A program made the position numbers and the translations under genes. Shown here in pieces: positions 21,263 through 35,813 of a DNA stretch of 45,580 nucleotides (the first letter of the stretch is position 1; each line of letters begins with the position of its first letter). This stretch comes from Diploschistes diacapsis. Taxonomy: Eukaryota. The notes under the pieces are model-generated. The model was not told the DNA's origin. It saw only the letters and a program-made list of their open reading frames with translations, and ran no database searches. Location: assembly GCA_023645945.1 (NCBI GenBank), contig JALAIB010000030.1, forward strand, positions 1-45,580, read 5' to 3'.

Positions 21263-24152
21263 TCACATAGAGCGCAAAGCATCCTCCTGAACACTAGCGG
21301 GCATGGTAGCAATTAACGCAGCTGCAGCGCCAACCACGGTAACAGCTCCAGCAATGCACCCAGAAACAAATGTCTTGAAAGCTTGATTTGCTTTGATGTT
21401 GCGCTTTGGTACGGTCTTCGGCATAATCTTCAACTTCTTGCGCGCTGGCTCTTCGCGGATTGAGGTCAAGCTAAATGAACCGAGGATATTAGCCACTGCA
21501 TTCGCTCTGCTTGACACGCTCCGTTTGGTATCAGAGGCGGTATCGTGCACCAGTGTGCTACTGTCCAGCGGCAGCAACGTATCCTGAACAAGCTCGGGTA
21601 TATGTGTGACCGTATCCTGGGGTTGCGCATCGGGAATGCTAGAGATTTGCGTTTTCTCAGGCGTGATACTCTCGGGTTCACGTTCCAGACCAACCTCGAC
21701 TTGTGTTCTGCCTAGGGAGCCTTCCATCTCTGCAGCTTTGCGCTTAGGCGTTCGGGCCAGGTGAGATTGAGGAATCGGGGTTGCAGCTGCCTGCTCGTCT
21801 GATTGATCAGGAAGAATATCCTTCTCTGCTTCCATGCTTGGTTGCATGTCTTCAATTCGGAAATCAGGCTCAGGACAACAGCCAGACTCGGTGGCAGAAA
21901 GACCATCTACAAGGTCAGATATTTGAACTCTAGAAGGCTTGACCGCGGGTTCCGGCTCAACGTCTGGTTGGGAACACATCGGAGGATTCGCCGCCATTCC
22001 TACGTTCATATCTAATGTTCGGTAGCCGTTGTAGCTATTGTAGTAAAGGTTGGGTGGGCAAGTTTGAGGCATTGTCGCCGCAGAAGTGTTGAATTGCGAT
22101 TGCCTTTGCCAAGGGTGTTGCACCTGGTTCTGCAGGCCAGGATAATAGAAACCCGAGTACGGGTGTGGCTTTGGGAAACACGGCATATCGTTGTACCGCT
22201 GAGTGTTCCTGAAACCATTTTGTTGCCTAGCTGAATAGTACTCGCCCGCAGACCATACGTTTTGTGCGCTGGTAGGAGGGACATATTGTTCTCTCCTATT
22301 GTTCAGGCCAGGAACAACTGACATGTTCGATTTGGGCATCGCAGCGTCCGAGGGACTAGGCGGTCGCAGAGCAGCACTTTCAAAAACGCTCAAATAGTGC
22401 TCTGGCGCTGCTGCTGAGATACCCTCGGCACCATGTTGCACATCTTTCGAAACTGCCTCATCGCTCTTGGAATCTGCAACGATATCATCCATGTCCGCGT
22501 CCGACCCGTCCTCGGAGCTGTCGAAACTGTCGTGTGAATCTGAAATTAGCATTAGAGAGTTAATATCGTCCTCGTCGGATTCCCCTTTGTCCTCTTCAAT
22601 ATCGGATGAGATATCCATGTTTTCGGAGGAAATTTCATATGCTGACACTGTCCCATCGTGCGCGAGGTCACGGACAGCTGGCTTGGCGGAGTCCCCGGTG
22701 TTGACAGCATAAGCCTGAAGCCTTTTAGGATCCTGTGGACTGTCTTCGTTATCCTCAACAAGGCTGTCATTGTGGTCAGAGGACTGGGAGGTCATGTCTG
22801 ACTCTTCGTCCTCCTCATCCTGAAACGCAAAAGGCCCTTCGCTATAGGCATTGGCTGGTAGAGGAGATGGCTGTGACGCAGGAGTATCTTGTGGATCCAC
22901 ATCCTCGTCGGTACCGTTATCATCTGATTTTGGGGGACTGGTCTCCTGCTCGTGGTCTTGGTTGCGATTTTCATGGTCAAGAAGCCCCTCGATCAAATCC
23001 AGGTCATCGGGTACGGAAGCAGGGTCCTTTGCGGGGACATGATTGTCAAACTCATCTCCGGATTCTCCCACCGCATCTTGATCTATCGCGTCGTCATAGT
23101 CGAGCAGATATGTACTGCTTGACTGCAACGGTTTCTTGGCGATCTTCTGAACTTCTGGCCCTTCAGAATCGCTATCGCATGCAGTTACCTGTTTGGGCTC
23201 AACAGACCTTGGCAGGGCGTTTGGCTCCTTGCTTCGTATCGCAGGAAGATCAGGGGAGTCCAAGCCGGTCAGATCGATGTGAGTCTTGTTCTTGTTCCCA
23301 GTCCGCTCTAGGGTTTTCGACGGTGAGACTAAGATAACGTCCTCGCTACCGCTGCGGTGGTGTACGCGTCCGCTCGATACAAGCTCAAGAGACAGCTCAC
23401 GCTTTTCATGGGCACTCGCAACATTCCTAGCCTCGGTCTCGTCTTCCGAGTCGGAAGGGGATGGTACTCGAAACGTACTCGGTTGCTGGTCCACCGCTTG
23501 AGAGGTGTCATTGTGCTGGCACTCGGCACTATTAATATGAGCATCATGGACATGTGACATCTGAGCCATACCGACCTCTCCTTCTCGTACTTGTACTCTA
23601 TCATGAAGGTCTTGGGTTCGAATTTCTCTGTCATTGTGAGCAATAGTAAGTCGAGGCGAAGGGTTCGTAAGCGTACTGCGTCCGCTCGTTACCGGTATCC
23701 CAAACACAACCTTGTCCAAGTTCTTCAGAGGATAGTCTTTATGAGCTGTAAGACGTTTGTCGTCAACGAAAGTGCCATGAGTGGATCCCGAGTCCCGGAT
23801 AAGCAGAGGTTTGCTTTGGGAGTCACCCATGACTACTGCGGCGTGTTCCCTGGAGAGTATGGGTGACTCGATCCAGCCGTTGTCAGGCTGGGCTTGTAGC
23901 CGAGCTTCACCGCTCTTGGACGCACGACCGATCGTGACGTTTGGCTGATTACGGTCGAGGACGTATGATCGTGAAAGGTCGCCGTCTTGGCTGTGGAGGC
24001 CAACTTTGACTATGGGAAGAGGAAGATCAGTCTTTGTGTTGGACAAGCAGAGAAGCAAAAACAAGTAGCCTAACAAAGTTGTAGCTAAAGAAGAACTACT
24101 TACTTCGAGGATAGATATGACTCTCAGCCATATCTGTCGGACGAAAAGCCAT
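21263..24152 (-). CDS. FHA-domain protein with long acidic disordered region and C-terminal membrane anchor
   Basis: FHA motifs VTIGRASKS..DNGWIESPILSREHA..IRDSGSTHGTFVDD..VVFG; hydrophobic tail FVSGCIAGAVTVVGAAAALIATMP. ATG 24152; predicted introns 24010-24103, 23628-23676 and 23529-23575. Confidence 0.85.
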
Positions 24153-25184
24153 CTCGCAGGTAGGTCCCAACTACGGTAGTGATCAGGCTATATTGTGTTC
24201 CACAGTGCTCGTTTGGTAAGCTGGAACGGACCAAGTTCAAGCTCGAGCTTTGTGGGAACCCCAACTAATGAAGAAAGCCTGGCGGTGAATGAAGATGGTG
24301 AATAGTAGCAAGTAACGCTTCAGCAGCAAGACTTGAGGGATCCGACAGCCTTTTACATTTGTAAGAAGAGCTCCGAGTCGAGATGCTGTATTATTGAATG
24401 TCAGGCTGACTATGATTCATGTATCTAGTGTTCAAAGACGTACTTGCACGGGCCAGGCAGCGGCGGGGTAAAATGGAGCACGAAACAGGGCCTGTAAGCA
24501 ATAAAACCGGGCGCATCCTTTTGGTTCAGGTAATCGACGGCTCTAAGGATCAACTAGACTATCTCTATCTCTATCTGCTAGACCTCCCCAGAACCCCCCA
24601 ATGATAAATTGTTGACTTCGCCCTTATGGATCAGACAAGTACATGAAGAAACGAGTTCATTGAAGCTCAACTACGCTGCTGCTGCTGCTGTTATCGATAA
24701 TCGATAATGGGGGCATGTTGATTGGACAGTGAGGAAGATAGGCCTGAGGCACACTACTTTAGGGCTTCACGTGGGCATATCCGACAAATCTGGACTAGTC
24801 CAAATGAATCGAATCAAATCATACGAGAGAATCGAATTATTGAGAAACAATTTTAAGCTTGCTTTCCGCTCGTCATGCTCTGCTATGCTGTGCTGTGTCA
24901 CTTTCAATGAAGGTATAATGGAAGTGCACGTTATTCTTTTCTTAAAAAACGTTGAAGATTTTTTATGGGAATACCCGTAGAGATCAATAGCTGAAATCCC
25001 CAAAAAAGATATATATATCCACAGCTCATCGTCAATGTTGCCCCATAACAGTAGCCGGTACCTTTAGGGATATAGCACAAACCCAGTTCGTCAACAACAA
25101 CAGATATACGAAACATTCAGCGCGATGCTCATTTCCTCTTCTTCCTCCTCGTTCCTTCGTCAACGCAGGGGGGTACGATGCATT

Positions 25185-26653
<1,469 letters not shown>

Positions 26654-27648
26654 TCTAGCCTTACTTACGCCAGGCAATAGCGGGCTCGGTTTACGGATCT
26701 GGCAACACCGCGAGGACACGAACGCCAGTCCTGACGAAGGCGGAAGTTCGAATTGGCTATACCCTGGGCCTTTTTAGCGACAATTGAGAATTATAGGAGA
26801 CAAAGACCCTGTTCAACAGGGTGCTTGGTGACAATGAGGCGTGAAGGGAGCGATTCGAAAAGTGAAACGATGGCGAGGACCGGCCTATCTGGACACTGGG
26901 AAAAGGTCGAATACTCAGGATAGCTTAACGTCAGTACGGTGGTGGAAAACAAGGTCGCGAATCAGAGATTGGCCATGGTCGATGGTGATGGGAAGGGACA
27001 TTCTGGCTCTTGGTGGTGAGGGGCTGCTTTTTGCCGCACACGGTTTAGCCCCCCCCTTCAGGCACGGCTACGAATGCTACGAAGATGCCCAGGGACAGCT
27101 GAATTCAGCTCCCAAATTAGAGCTCTTAGCTTGAAGATTTTTCAGCCTCTGGAGACCACGTCTACTCTGTGCAGTTCTTTGACAGGCCTCTTGCTTTGCC
27201 TAGAAGCGATTATTATCTCCTTCTTAGGCTCGAGCTTTGCGGATACAGAATCCCGAACAGAGATCGCCATTTCCAGCCCTGCGAATTGCTCCGTTGCTAG
27301 CACGGGGATTGACAACGCGCACCTAAACAGAGGTCCAATCCTTTGGCCCAGACGAGATTGCGGGATTCCCGTGACCGTATCTTGGGCCCTCTTTGCGCGA
27401 CGAATCATCTTAATCAGCCTCCCGAGTTCTCAAGGCCTCCCGCCCTATCCAGGCTGGAAAAGAGGGTATGAACGAACAAAGCCGTTGATATTTAGGACTT
27501 GGAAAAGCGGTAAGCGGAACAATGGCATGCATAAAGTTTCAAACCGCAAATTGACATAGAGGACCGCCCCTTTCGCAGTCAAAGAGTTCTTTGGAACTAC
27601 CTCGGTCATTCCGGTTGGCCAGGAGAGCTCGAAGCTCTCAATATTACG

Positions 27649-28062
27649 ATGGCGTCGAGGAAAAATCCAATTACCACCCACTGTTTGGATCAAACCACCG
27701 GTATGCCAGCCGGCGGCATTCACGTTACCCTCGAACTGCTAAAGCCTACCGGCAAATACACGGAATGGGTTGCGACAACCTCTGCCAGCGAGGGGCGCAT
27801 TCATTCCTGGACCCCTAAGAGTCCGACATCCGTTTCCGAGACTCATATTTCGGATTTGGTCGCTGACAAGGGGGCGCATGAGGGATGTTTAGAGTTTAGG
27901 TTGACATTCGAAACGCTGGACTATTGGAAGGCGAAGGGGCAGTCAAGCTTCTATCCCAAAGTAATGGTGGACTTTGTCGTCGATGGACAAGAAGGCAGAA
28001 ATCATTGGCACGTGCCGGTCTTGCTGGGTCCATGGGGATATACGACCTACAGAGGGAACTAA
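27649..28062 (+). CDS. uraH: 5-hydroxyisourate hydrolase (transthyretin-like protein)
   Basis: PITTHCLDQTTGMPA.GI.V.L, GRI, RLTFETLDYW, SFYPKV.VDF, HWHVPVLLGPWGYTTYRG(N). Confidence 0.92.
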   Translation: MASRKNPITTHCLDQTTGMPAGGIHVTLELLKPTGKYTEWVATTSASEGRIHSWTPKSPTSVSETHISDLVADKGAHEGCLEFRLTFETLDYWKAKGQSSFYPKVMVDFVVDGQEGRNHWHVPVLLGPWGYTTYRGN

Positions 28063-28483
28063 GTTCATAACAGAATAAGAAAACAGTTGGGGTCCTTTAT
28101 TGTTCACTAAAATGTTGGATTCGACACAAGATGCCGCCCTTGAAGAGTCTGATCTGATTTTGAAAGTTGCCATACATGTAATAAGCAGACTGCTAGGCCT
28201 GCCTGTTGTGTGTGCATTCCAACTTGCGCGTAGGCTCTTCCTTGATGCAAGCTGTCACCGGATCTTTCGAACATCAGGGGTTTTTTCCATTTGTTTCAGT
28301 CCTTTTCTCGACGCCTGTGTGCGGTTCAATCTCTTCTTGCATGACCCGCGTGTCAAGCGCCTGTTCCCGAATCAATGTCTCTCTGGCCCTGCTCCCTCAT
28401 ATCTTTCTTCCCTTCAAGTTCATCTAGCTCTACCCTCATCCGCTTGACAAGCACGCTTTGTTTCTCGGAATCCGTTACCGTAC

Positions 28484-30346
28484 CTATGGAATATGAAAGG
28501 TTTTGGAGCAACAACCACTAGTAGGAAGCCGCACATGGAGGCTGCCCAATTCGCACCCAGTTCGCACCCAGTTTGCTATATACATAGCCGGCCCTGCGAG
28601 AGGGAGCGTGGCACCTAATGTGCTCCTGACAAAGGTGTCACCGGCGCCGCCGCTGACTCCATACGATCCAAAACAGTCGACCAAGTATGAGGTTCCACAG
28701 ATGAAGATGAGGATATTTCCAAATCCTACGATCCATTAGTTTGCAACCCCCAGGAAGTTTGTTTACTATAAGGTACCTACCAAACAGAATACCAGCTAGC
28801 ACCGGCCATATCCAATGTATAGGAGGCTCACAGGTCCAGGCAAACCAAAGCTGTCCAAGTGGTGATGCCAAAGCGCCGATGCATATCACGGATATCATTG
28901 CCTCCTGTGAGGGCTTCCCCGTCTCAGGATCCTTCTTATGTGCCATGATGATGCGACGGAAAAGAGGTTCTAGCAGAATGGCGATGAAATGCTCCTGCTC
29001 CTGTCCCTATAAAGCTCAGTCCGGTGAAGCTGGTACTCCACCCACGGATCTCTGTAAAGACTATCGGATAGGCCATAAGCTAAAAGTAGAGAATGCCATA
29101 GACGATTCCGATGTAGCAGTTCCAGAATATACAAATTGGCTCTGTTATAGCGACGGTTATAGGGCGAGACAGATTCACCTGCAAATGAGCTCCTAGTGTA
29201 ATTCGTGTCATCATATCGGCACCACCAGCGCGCATCGCCAGTCTCGGCTCGTCTTCATCTAGCCTTTTTCCGAAGAATAGCCGGTGCATACGTCCCCTAC
29301 GCAGATTAGCAAGAAGAGGGCAAGTCCGCCAAGCGTCATGATTATCTAGTTTGCGAAGCGCTATCCAAGGTATGGAGCCTGGAAAGTCAGTCGGAAGCAC
29401 GGTGCGTGGTTTTAGGAATATGATACATACTGCAAAGCCCCTAGCAAAGGTCCGAAAACTGCGAGGACTTAGCTAGTAGTTGGTAACTCCCACACGGAAA
29501 ACTGACCTGGACCATTAAAAGGTCCGATTGACCAAATCGAGAAGACCATAGCGCGATACTCGTCCGTGGAAATATCGCCCAACGTGCCTGGTCTGTTGTT
29601 AATTAGGGCTGCGGCGCAGAACGCTCCAAAGAACCGAGCCACCACAACCTCTGTTAGTGATGAACCTATGCCATTCGGCGTGACTAGCACAATGAAAAGG
29701 GCCATGTTTGTTAAATAGATAACTCGCCGGCCGAACATGTCAGAAAGCGGTGCGGCTACCAGCACCACAAATGCAATTCCGAAGCAGGTAAATGGTCACC
29801 CCCAAGTGTCGCTACTGGCTCACTAGTAATATCAAATTCGGCCTGCATCTGATGTGTAACTAGTCGAGTACATGACGACCCTGATGCTGCTTAGCATGCC
29901 TAACCGGCGAACCAATAAGTCAAGGTGGTGTATTTGATGTCCAAGTCATCAGATGTGAATTCACTCACACCAATGTACTTCCGCTAAGTGAACCTGCAGC
30001 AAAGTCCTTTGTACCAACTACTCCAGTACAATGGGTTCTGAGGATCATCGTCGGTCTCCCAGTCCAGCTCAAGATTTGGATCTGATGTCCTTGCTGATGT
30101 AGTCCTCTGTGCAAGCACGAAGGATATCTCCCGGTTAAGTGGAGGTGTGAACATGTCTTCTACGTCATTTTCCTGGATTCGTGTCCGAGGTGGTTGTACA
30201 GACATCAAGGGAGCTTGATACAGACGCAGTTTGAGAAAATCCCCTTTCGGGTTCGCTTGAGAAGGGTCATCGTTTCCTAGGACCGGGCGGCTGTGGTTTA
30301 GATTGAGCGGAAAGGCGCATCCACCGACGTGATTTTGAGCATACAT
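28484..30346 (-). pseudogene. MFS transporter (DHA1 drug:H+ antiporter-like) pseudogene
   Basis: Fragments DWETDDDPQNPLYWSSWYKG, YSTSYTS, EPVATLG, APLSDMFGRRVIY, ARFFGAF, PGTLGDI, WSIGPFNGP, TYAPAILRKKAR*RRAETGDARWWCRYD, RPITVAITEPICIFWN, GQLWFAWT..PIHWIWP, GATLPLAGPAMY, broken by several frameshifts (e.g. near 29780-29850) and stops. Confidence 0.9.
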
Positions 30347-31247
30347 AGAACAAGGTCTGTGTGAAGGTCGGCGATACTCTCACTCAAACATCCTTTAGGA
30401 CGGATTTATTACCGACCCGCAAAGCATACAATGATCGACTAGGTACAAAGTAAACAGAACTCGAATAACATACCATGTATATGCAAATAGTAGATGGGAG
30501 ACACAGAGCAATGTATCTTGGTTTGTAAGACAAAGATGATAAGGAAGCTCGAATCAAGGAAATTCATGCATTGGCATGCGACACTATAGAAAGAGTATGG
30601 GTACCTCCTTACTCGGTTGATAGCAGGCCATTTCAAACAAAGGCAGCCTATCGCGATAGTCGGAAAGAGAGCGAGCATCGTCAGGATTGCACTGTGGGCT
30701 GTCCTACCCACGTTAGGCTTTTTGTCCACAATCGTATTTCTTGTCAGTCAGTTCGATTGCTTCTGCTTACTGATCAACAGAACATGACAACCAAGGAGTA
30801 TCTACTGCAACCAAGCTCTTGAGCCATCCATGATACCATAAAAAGAACCGCAAACCTGTCACTCTACCTCGGCCATACTACTCAGATCATCCGAAACGAA
30901 ATGTGATTACTGAAATCCAAAGCTCCCGAGGTCCGTTCACCAATATCAATGAGGAAGTATCTAGTCTATTACTATGCACGAGTCAAGGCATTACTGCATC
31001 GTCTCTATGTTGCTAGCGAACAAACAGTCCGACAAGCATTCATCCAACGCCGCCCGTTGAAAACGTCCAACGTTTCAACGTTTTACCAAGGATGCCAAAA
31101 ATACTCCAGTGATCTCCATCTAATATTGACAAAAACTGTGGTCATACAGTGCTCTGATGCCATGCGCTTGGCGCAAGTCGAGCTCATGAGGTAGGAACAA
31201 GCCAGCAGTGCCCGCAACGCGATTGTCGGTGATAAAATTGCTGATAT

Positions 31248-34219
31248 CTATCTTCTTGCAAAGCAGCACATGATGCCAGTCTTGCCAAGGAACCATAGAC
31301 ATCCGATAAAACGAACGAACGACAGAAAAGCCGTAGCCCACAAGAGGGCCTGGAAGAATGATGCAGTTCGACTAGAAGAATCGGACTGAAAACGGTCAGC
31401 TGGTCAGATTAACAACAACGCGGTGAGGAAACTCACGTTCAGTGCCAAAGCATTCAGATTGGCGCTGGTGATACCGACAGCAAGAAGTGCGTTAGAGAAG
31501 ATCCAAGCCGTAACGAGCCTGGTGCGGAAACTCTTGTATGAATCCTCCAAACTCTTGCTTTCGTCCACCTTGGGCTCAACATAAGGTGCCAATGCTCGCT
31601 TCACAGTCACTTCGAAAGCGCTGTCAATATCTGCCTGTGGCCTATCTGGCTCTTCGATGACCGCTGCTTTGCCATCTGCAGCCTTCGTGGTCTGAGCAGA
31701 CGGCAGGGCGTCAGCTTTGTCGGAACCCTTTGTTCCCCAAGACACATCGTGCCAATTGCTGAACGCGTAGACGTTCAGAATGTTCTGGTATGAGGAAGCC
31801 AGGAAGATGTATTGGGGGAATGAGGTGAACATGTGCCATGGGTCAAAGTACAAGAACGAAGCAACGAAGTAAAGACCGAAGGTGGCAGCCAAGGCGATAA
31901 TGATGATACCGTTACTCTGCGAGCTGAAGAATGATTTCACAAGCGCGCTGAAGCCTTGGCTCCACTCGATATCACTCAAGGTGGATGAGGGAGAAAATGC
32001 CTGAACGACAAGGTAAAGCGACAGAAGGATGACGTAGCCTTGGATGAGGCCGAAGACGATGAACGATACAAAATATGAGCTTCGAGAGCCTTTCGGTCGA
32101 TTGCCCAACGCGAGGATGAATTGCAGCAGAAGGAACCCAAGGTAGATCATGTTCAAGACGGTGTTGAACGTTGGGGTTACCTCGTCGCCAAAGGGCCAAG
32201 AATGCTTTTCCCGGTTGCAGGAGCCTCCAGCCTCCGACTGAGCGGCTATGCACGTGTCGTAATTGCTTCCCACCAAGTTCATGATGATGGACGTGGTGAG
32301 CCAGTAGGAGGCAAGAGCAAACCAAGACATTATGACCGAGAAGATGTTGTAAAGCAATTGGAGGTGAAAGAAGAACATGCGAACGAAGTTGTGGCCGCTC
32401 TTGTACATCCTGGAAAAGTGCATTAAAGAGTAGACGGTAGCCGCAAAAGAACCGTTCAACCACCGACGACGTTGAGAGATGAACTCTGGTGCACCTTCCG
32501 GCACATCAGTCTCTCCTTTGGAGGCTTTGATGTAAGTTAGATGCCATTTTGACCCAGCCTTGGCGACCAGCTCGAAACACAGGATACGATCCTCGGCCAA
32601 GAACATGTTCTTCTTGAAGATGTTCATACCCTCGATTCCCTTCTTCCCCAATTGCTTGGATAGGGTATGGTCGCCGTGAAAGTACTGCTCCAGAGGCCGG
32701 CCCATGATCGCTCTGAAACGGTAGGCGGAGAAAGCTCCCGGCAACACGCTGACATATCCGAAAGAACTTTCCAAAGGCTTATCTAGGATATTGCTGATCT
32801 TGTACTCAAAGTTCTGTGCCGCAACAAGAGGGTTGAGCAAATTCTTCCAGCCCTTACCCAACATTGCGTGAATCTCACCGCAGGCTCCCCCAAGGTCTTT
32901 GTCATTGTAGAAGCCTTCCCAAAGTGCAAGCAAGGACTTCGTGCCCGGCTTGGTTCCGGCATCGAGTAGGATGCAGACCTCCGGGTTGAGGATGCGCCCA
33001 AATCCGTTGAATAGCCACCGGTGCGAATTGATTTTCTTCGAATTCTTTTGCTTCAGACAAAATATCATTTGCACTGGGGGTAAAGTATTCGGACCATCAT
33101 CGATAGGTCGCACGAGGAGCTGGTTTGGAGTGACTGAGAGCTGGGTAGTGTATTCGAACTTGATGGGGAATCAGAAACAGAATTTTGTTCGGGTTGGAGC
33201 ACTTACAACATGGGCGACCGTCTCCTTCCCATCGACATCCTTCTTCATCACACCGTCCTGATAGATACCGATGGTGGCAAAAACGTCCAAAACATCCTTG
33301 TCGCAGGGGTCAATACCATCGAAAACGAGACATACTACAATCTTCTGCCAGGCAGGGCCTCCTTTGTTCCAGAATTCTGACCTCTTTAGGTTCACAATGT
33401 CTCTGACGTTCTGCATCACACCGTGCAACGTACGGGCGGTCAGAACCTTGTCCTCGTTATAATAGGTGATGGCAATGAGAAGCTCGGTATGCCGGTTGTA
33501 CATGGCTGGTCGAAGATTGTATCCGTTCTTGAGCGTAAATTCGTTGGGATCACAGGTTGCGGCGGTATCTAGTGAGCGTCAACGCTGTCTTCTGTTCGTG
33601 CTAGGATATGATGAAATACATCGCATATGTGTAAACTCTTCACTTCCTCCCTCGAGGTCATCACGATATTTCTTTTGCACGGAATTCTGAATAGCACTTG
33701 GCACAGGGTAGTCGACACTAAGAACCGAGCCTTGGACTAGCTTGACTTTTCTGGTTGCAAATCGCTTCAGGCCAGTTCCTCCGGGCTGCTGCTGTCGTTG
33801 CTTCCAGGCCTCTGTCGAGCTGGTATCGCTTCGCGAATAAGGTGATGGTGACCTGTCAACGCCGAAAGCGGTCGTCGGGTCCTCAAGGTTCGAGGCACCG
33901 TACTGATTGCCGTAAATGCTCGTTGTTTGAGCATCGGGCCGGTAGCTCTCGGTCAGAGAATAGGAAGGTGCTTCGTGCATTGGAGTACCCGTTCTGGAGT
34001 TTTCGTCTTCGAAAGGCCCTTGAAATGGCCCTCCTTGACCGTGATGCAGAAGAGCGTTTTCAGCTTCGTCCTCGTTATAGTGCTGCAAAGAAAGTGGTAT
34101 TAGGGGTTGTGTTGCAACGAGCGAATAATACTACTCACGGTCCCGGCAGAAATATCTTGCATTGGCGCTTCTTCATTGAAGCCGTTGTAACCGCTCGCGT
34201 GAGGCCCTTGGTACGCCAT
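31248..34219 (-). CDS. chsB: Chitin synthase, class III (ChsB/ChsG-like)
   Basis: [113 protein letters not shown], end ...[13 protein letters not shown] 34219; introns include 34083-34138, ~33569-33620, ~33159-33207 and 31386-31436. Confidence 0.96.
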
Positions 34220-34634
34220 GTCGAAAGGTTAAAGCGGTCTGTAAGTATTGTTGATGATTCTCTAACGTGTTTTGAACAATTCTTTGATGGAAAGAAGTGG
34301 CAGGTGGAAGAAGTTGATCCCGCAAGACGCCGCCTAGGCCAGCAGCTATGTGTAAAGATCAGCAGTAATCTACATGCTCTGGCGGAAACAGAAATGCAAA
34401 AGGCACAAAGCCTAGTTATGGGAGTGCATGATTCTGACTGCTTGCTGGGCGGCGAAGGAAGGTGATGTGGATGAAGAAAGAATAAGGAAGATGTTTTAGG
34501 GAGACCTTAGGGACGACAAAGAGGTGAAGCAGGGGGGCTGACTTGCACTAACTACTTAGTACTTAGGTACTTTGTACGGATCTTTCTTGGAGGAGGTTTC
34601 GGGGAGACCCTACGCTAGCAGTCTAGGTAAGGTC

Positions 34635-34644
34635 CTAAAAATAA
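34635..34644. promoter_or_regulatory. Putative Rlm1/MEF2-type site (CTAAAAATAA) upstream of the chitin synthase
   Basis: Exact match to YTA(W)4TAR about 415 bp upstream of the chs ATG. Function is inferred. Confidence 0.4.
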
Positions 34645-35813
34645 AAATATAAAAAATGGGACTGCTTCAGTACGAGTGAGTGAGGTGAGTCTCAAACATG
34701 CTTCGACCTTATCGATACCGCTTCTCTAGTTTCTTAGGCTTGTGAAACTAAATACAATCAGGTGGCAAGGGCAGAACGTTGCGGTTTTTCTCACCCCTTA
34801 AATTTTCTCCTGTTTCAGCCATGAGAAAGTTTTGGACAAATTTGGCTCCTCGAGCCCCTGCCTGCCTACCTGCCACTTTCCATCAATCCGTAGATGAGGG
34901 CGGTGCACCAACTGGCGACCGGCGGTGCCGCTTGCTTGCTGGGCGACTAGTGTCCTCCAATCAGCCCCTGGTGGCCCCTTTTCGGAGTTTAGTTGCTGGG
35001 CTTGACAACCAACTCGACACTCCCCCGGGTTTTGCCAGCTTGATAATACTTGATAATACCACGTGACTCGATCACCCGGGGGCTGGCTCAGCAATAACTG
35101 CTACCACTTACTAATACCTAATGCCTCGTAACTTAATGCCCTCGTATTTCCATAGGAAAAAGGTTCCCAAGAAACATTTTTTCAACGCCCTTTCCTGCAT
35201 ACAATAACCGTGTCTAGCTAACACGCTTCAATCCCACGAGACCGTCATGGAGGGAAAAGAAGGCCTCGTATGTTCTTCCACCCGGCCTGCATAAGTGATA
35301 CGGGTGATCATGGCGAGCTGGATACAGGATCCCGTCAGCTGGACTAGCCAAACGCACTTTCTCGCCAGGGGGGGAGCTTGTTGGCTGTTACGTTGCGAGC
35401 AGCTGGATCGCAACCCCCAGCATTTCTTCAACCGAGGCTTGCGGTGGGCTTCTTGGTTCTCATGGCAGTCTGTCTCTTTTCGGCCCGATGAAGCCAAACT
35501 GTATGGCTCCATAGTAATCGTCCGAACCTGCCGTTATTCTTACTAGGAAACCAAAGGAGGTAATGTCACTGAGTACTTGGGGCACTTAAAGGGCAGAGAG
35601 GCGCATGGGCGTGTAACATTGGATTTCTCATGACTTAACGCATACATGTTCCAACCCGAGAAGTGTATCCAATTAAGCAGGGACACGCTGCTCTAAGCCA
35701 TTTCGAAAGAACAGGAAAGGCCTCTGTAATAAGACTAATAGATTCTGAAACGCCGCATAGACGCGCGGGTACCTCATATATTGAAACCCTTCCTAAAAAC
35801 AAAAGGTCATCAC

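Noticed and set aside
27601..27615. tcggtcattccgg upstream of the HIU hydrolase as a UaY site
   Set aside because: Spacing and right half do not match TCGG-N6-CCGA.
34300..35800. Amyloid-motif effector gene adjacent to the NLR (het-s/nwd2-type pair)
   Set aside because: No HeLo/lipase effector ORF or G/N/Q-rich pseudo-repeat found; the NLR carries its own N-terminal effector-like domain.
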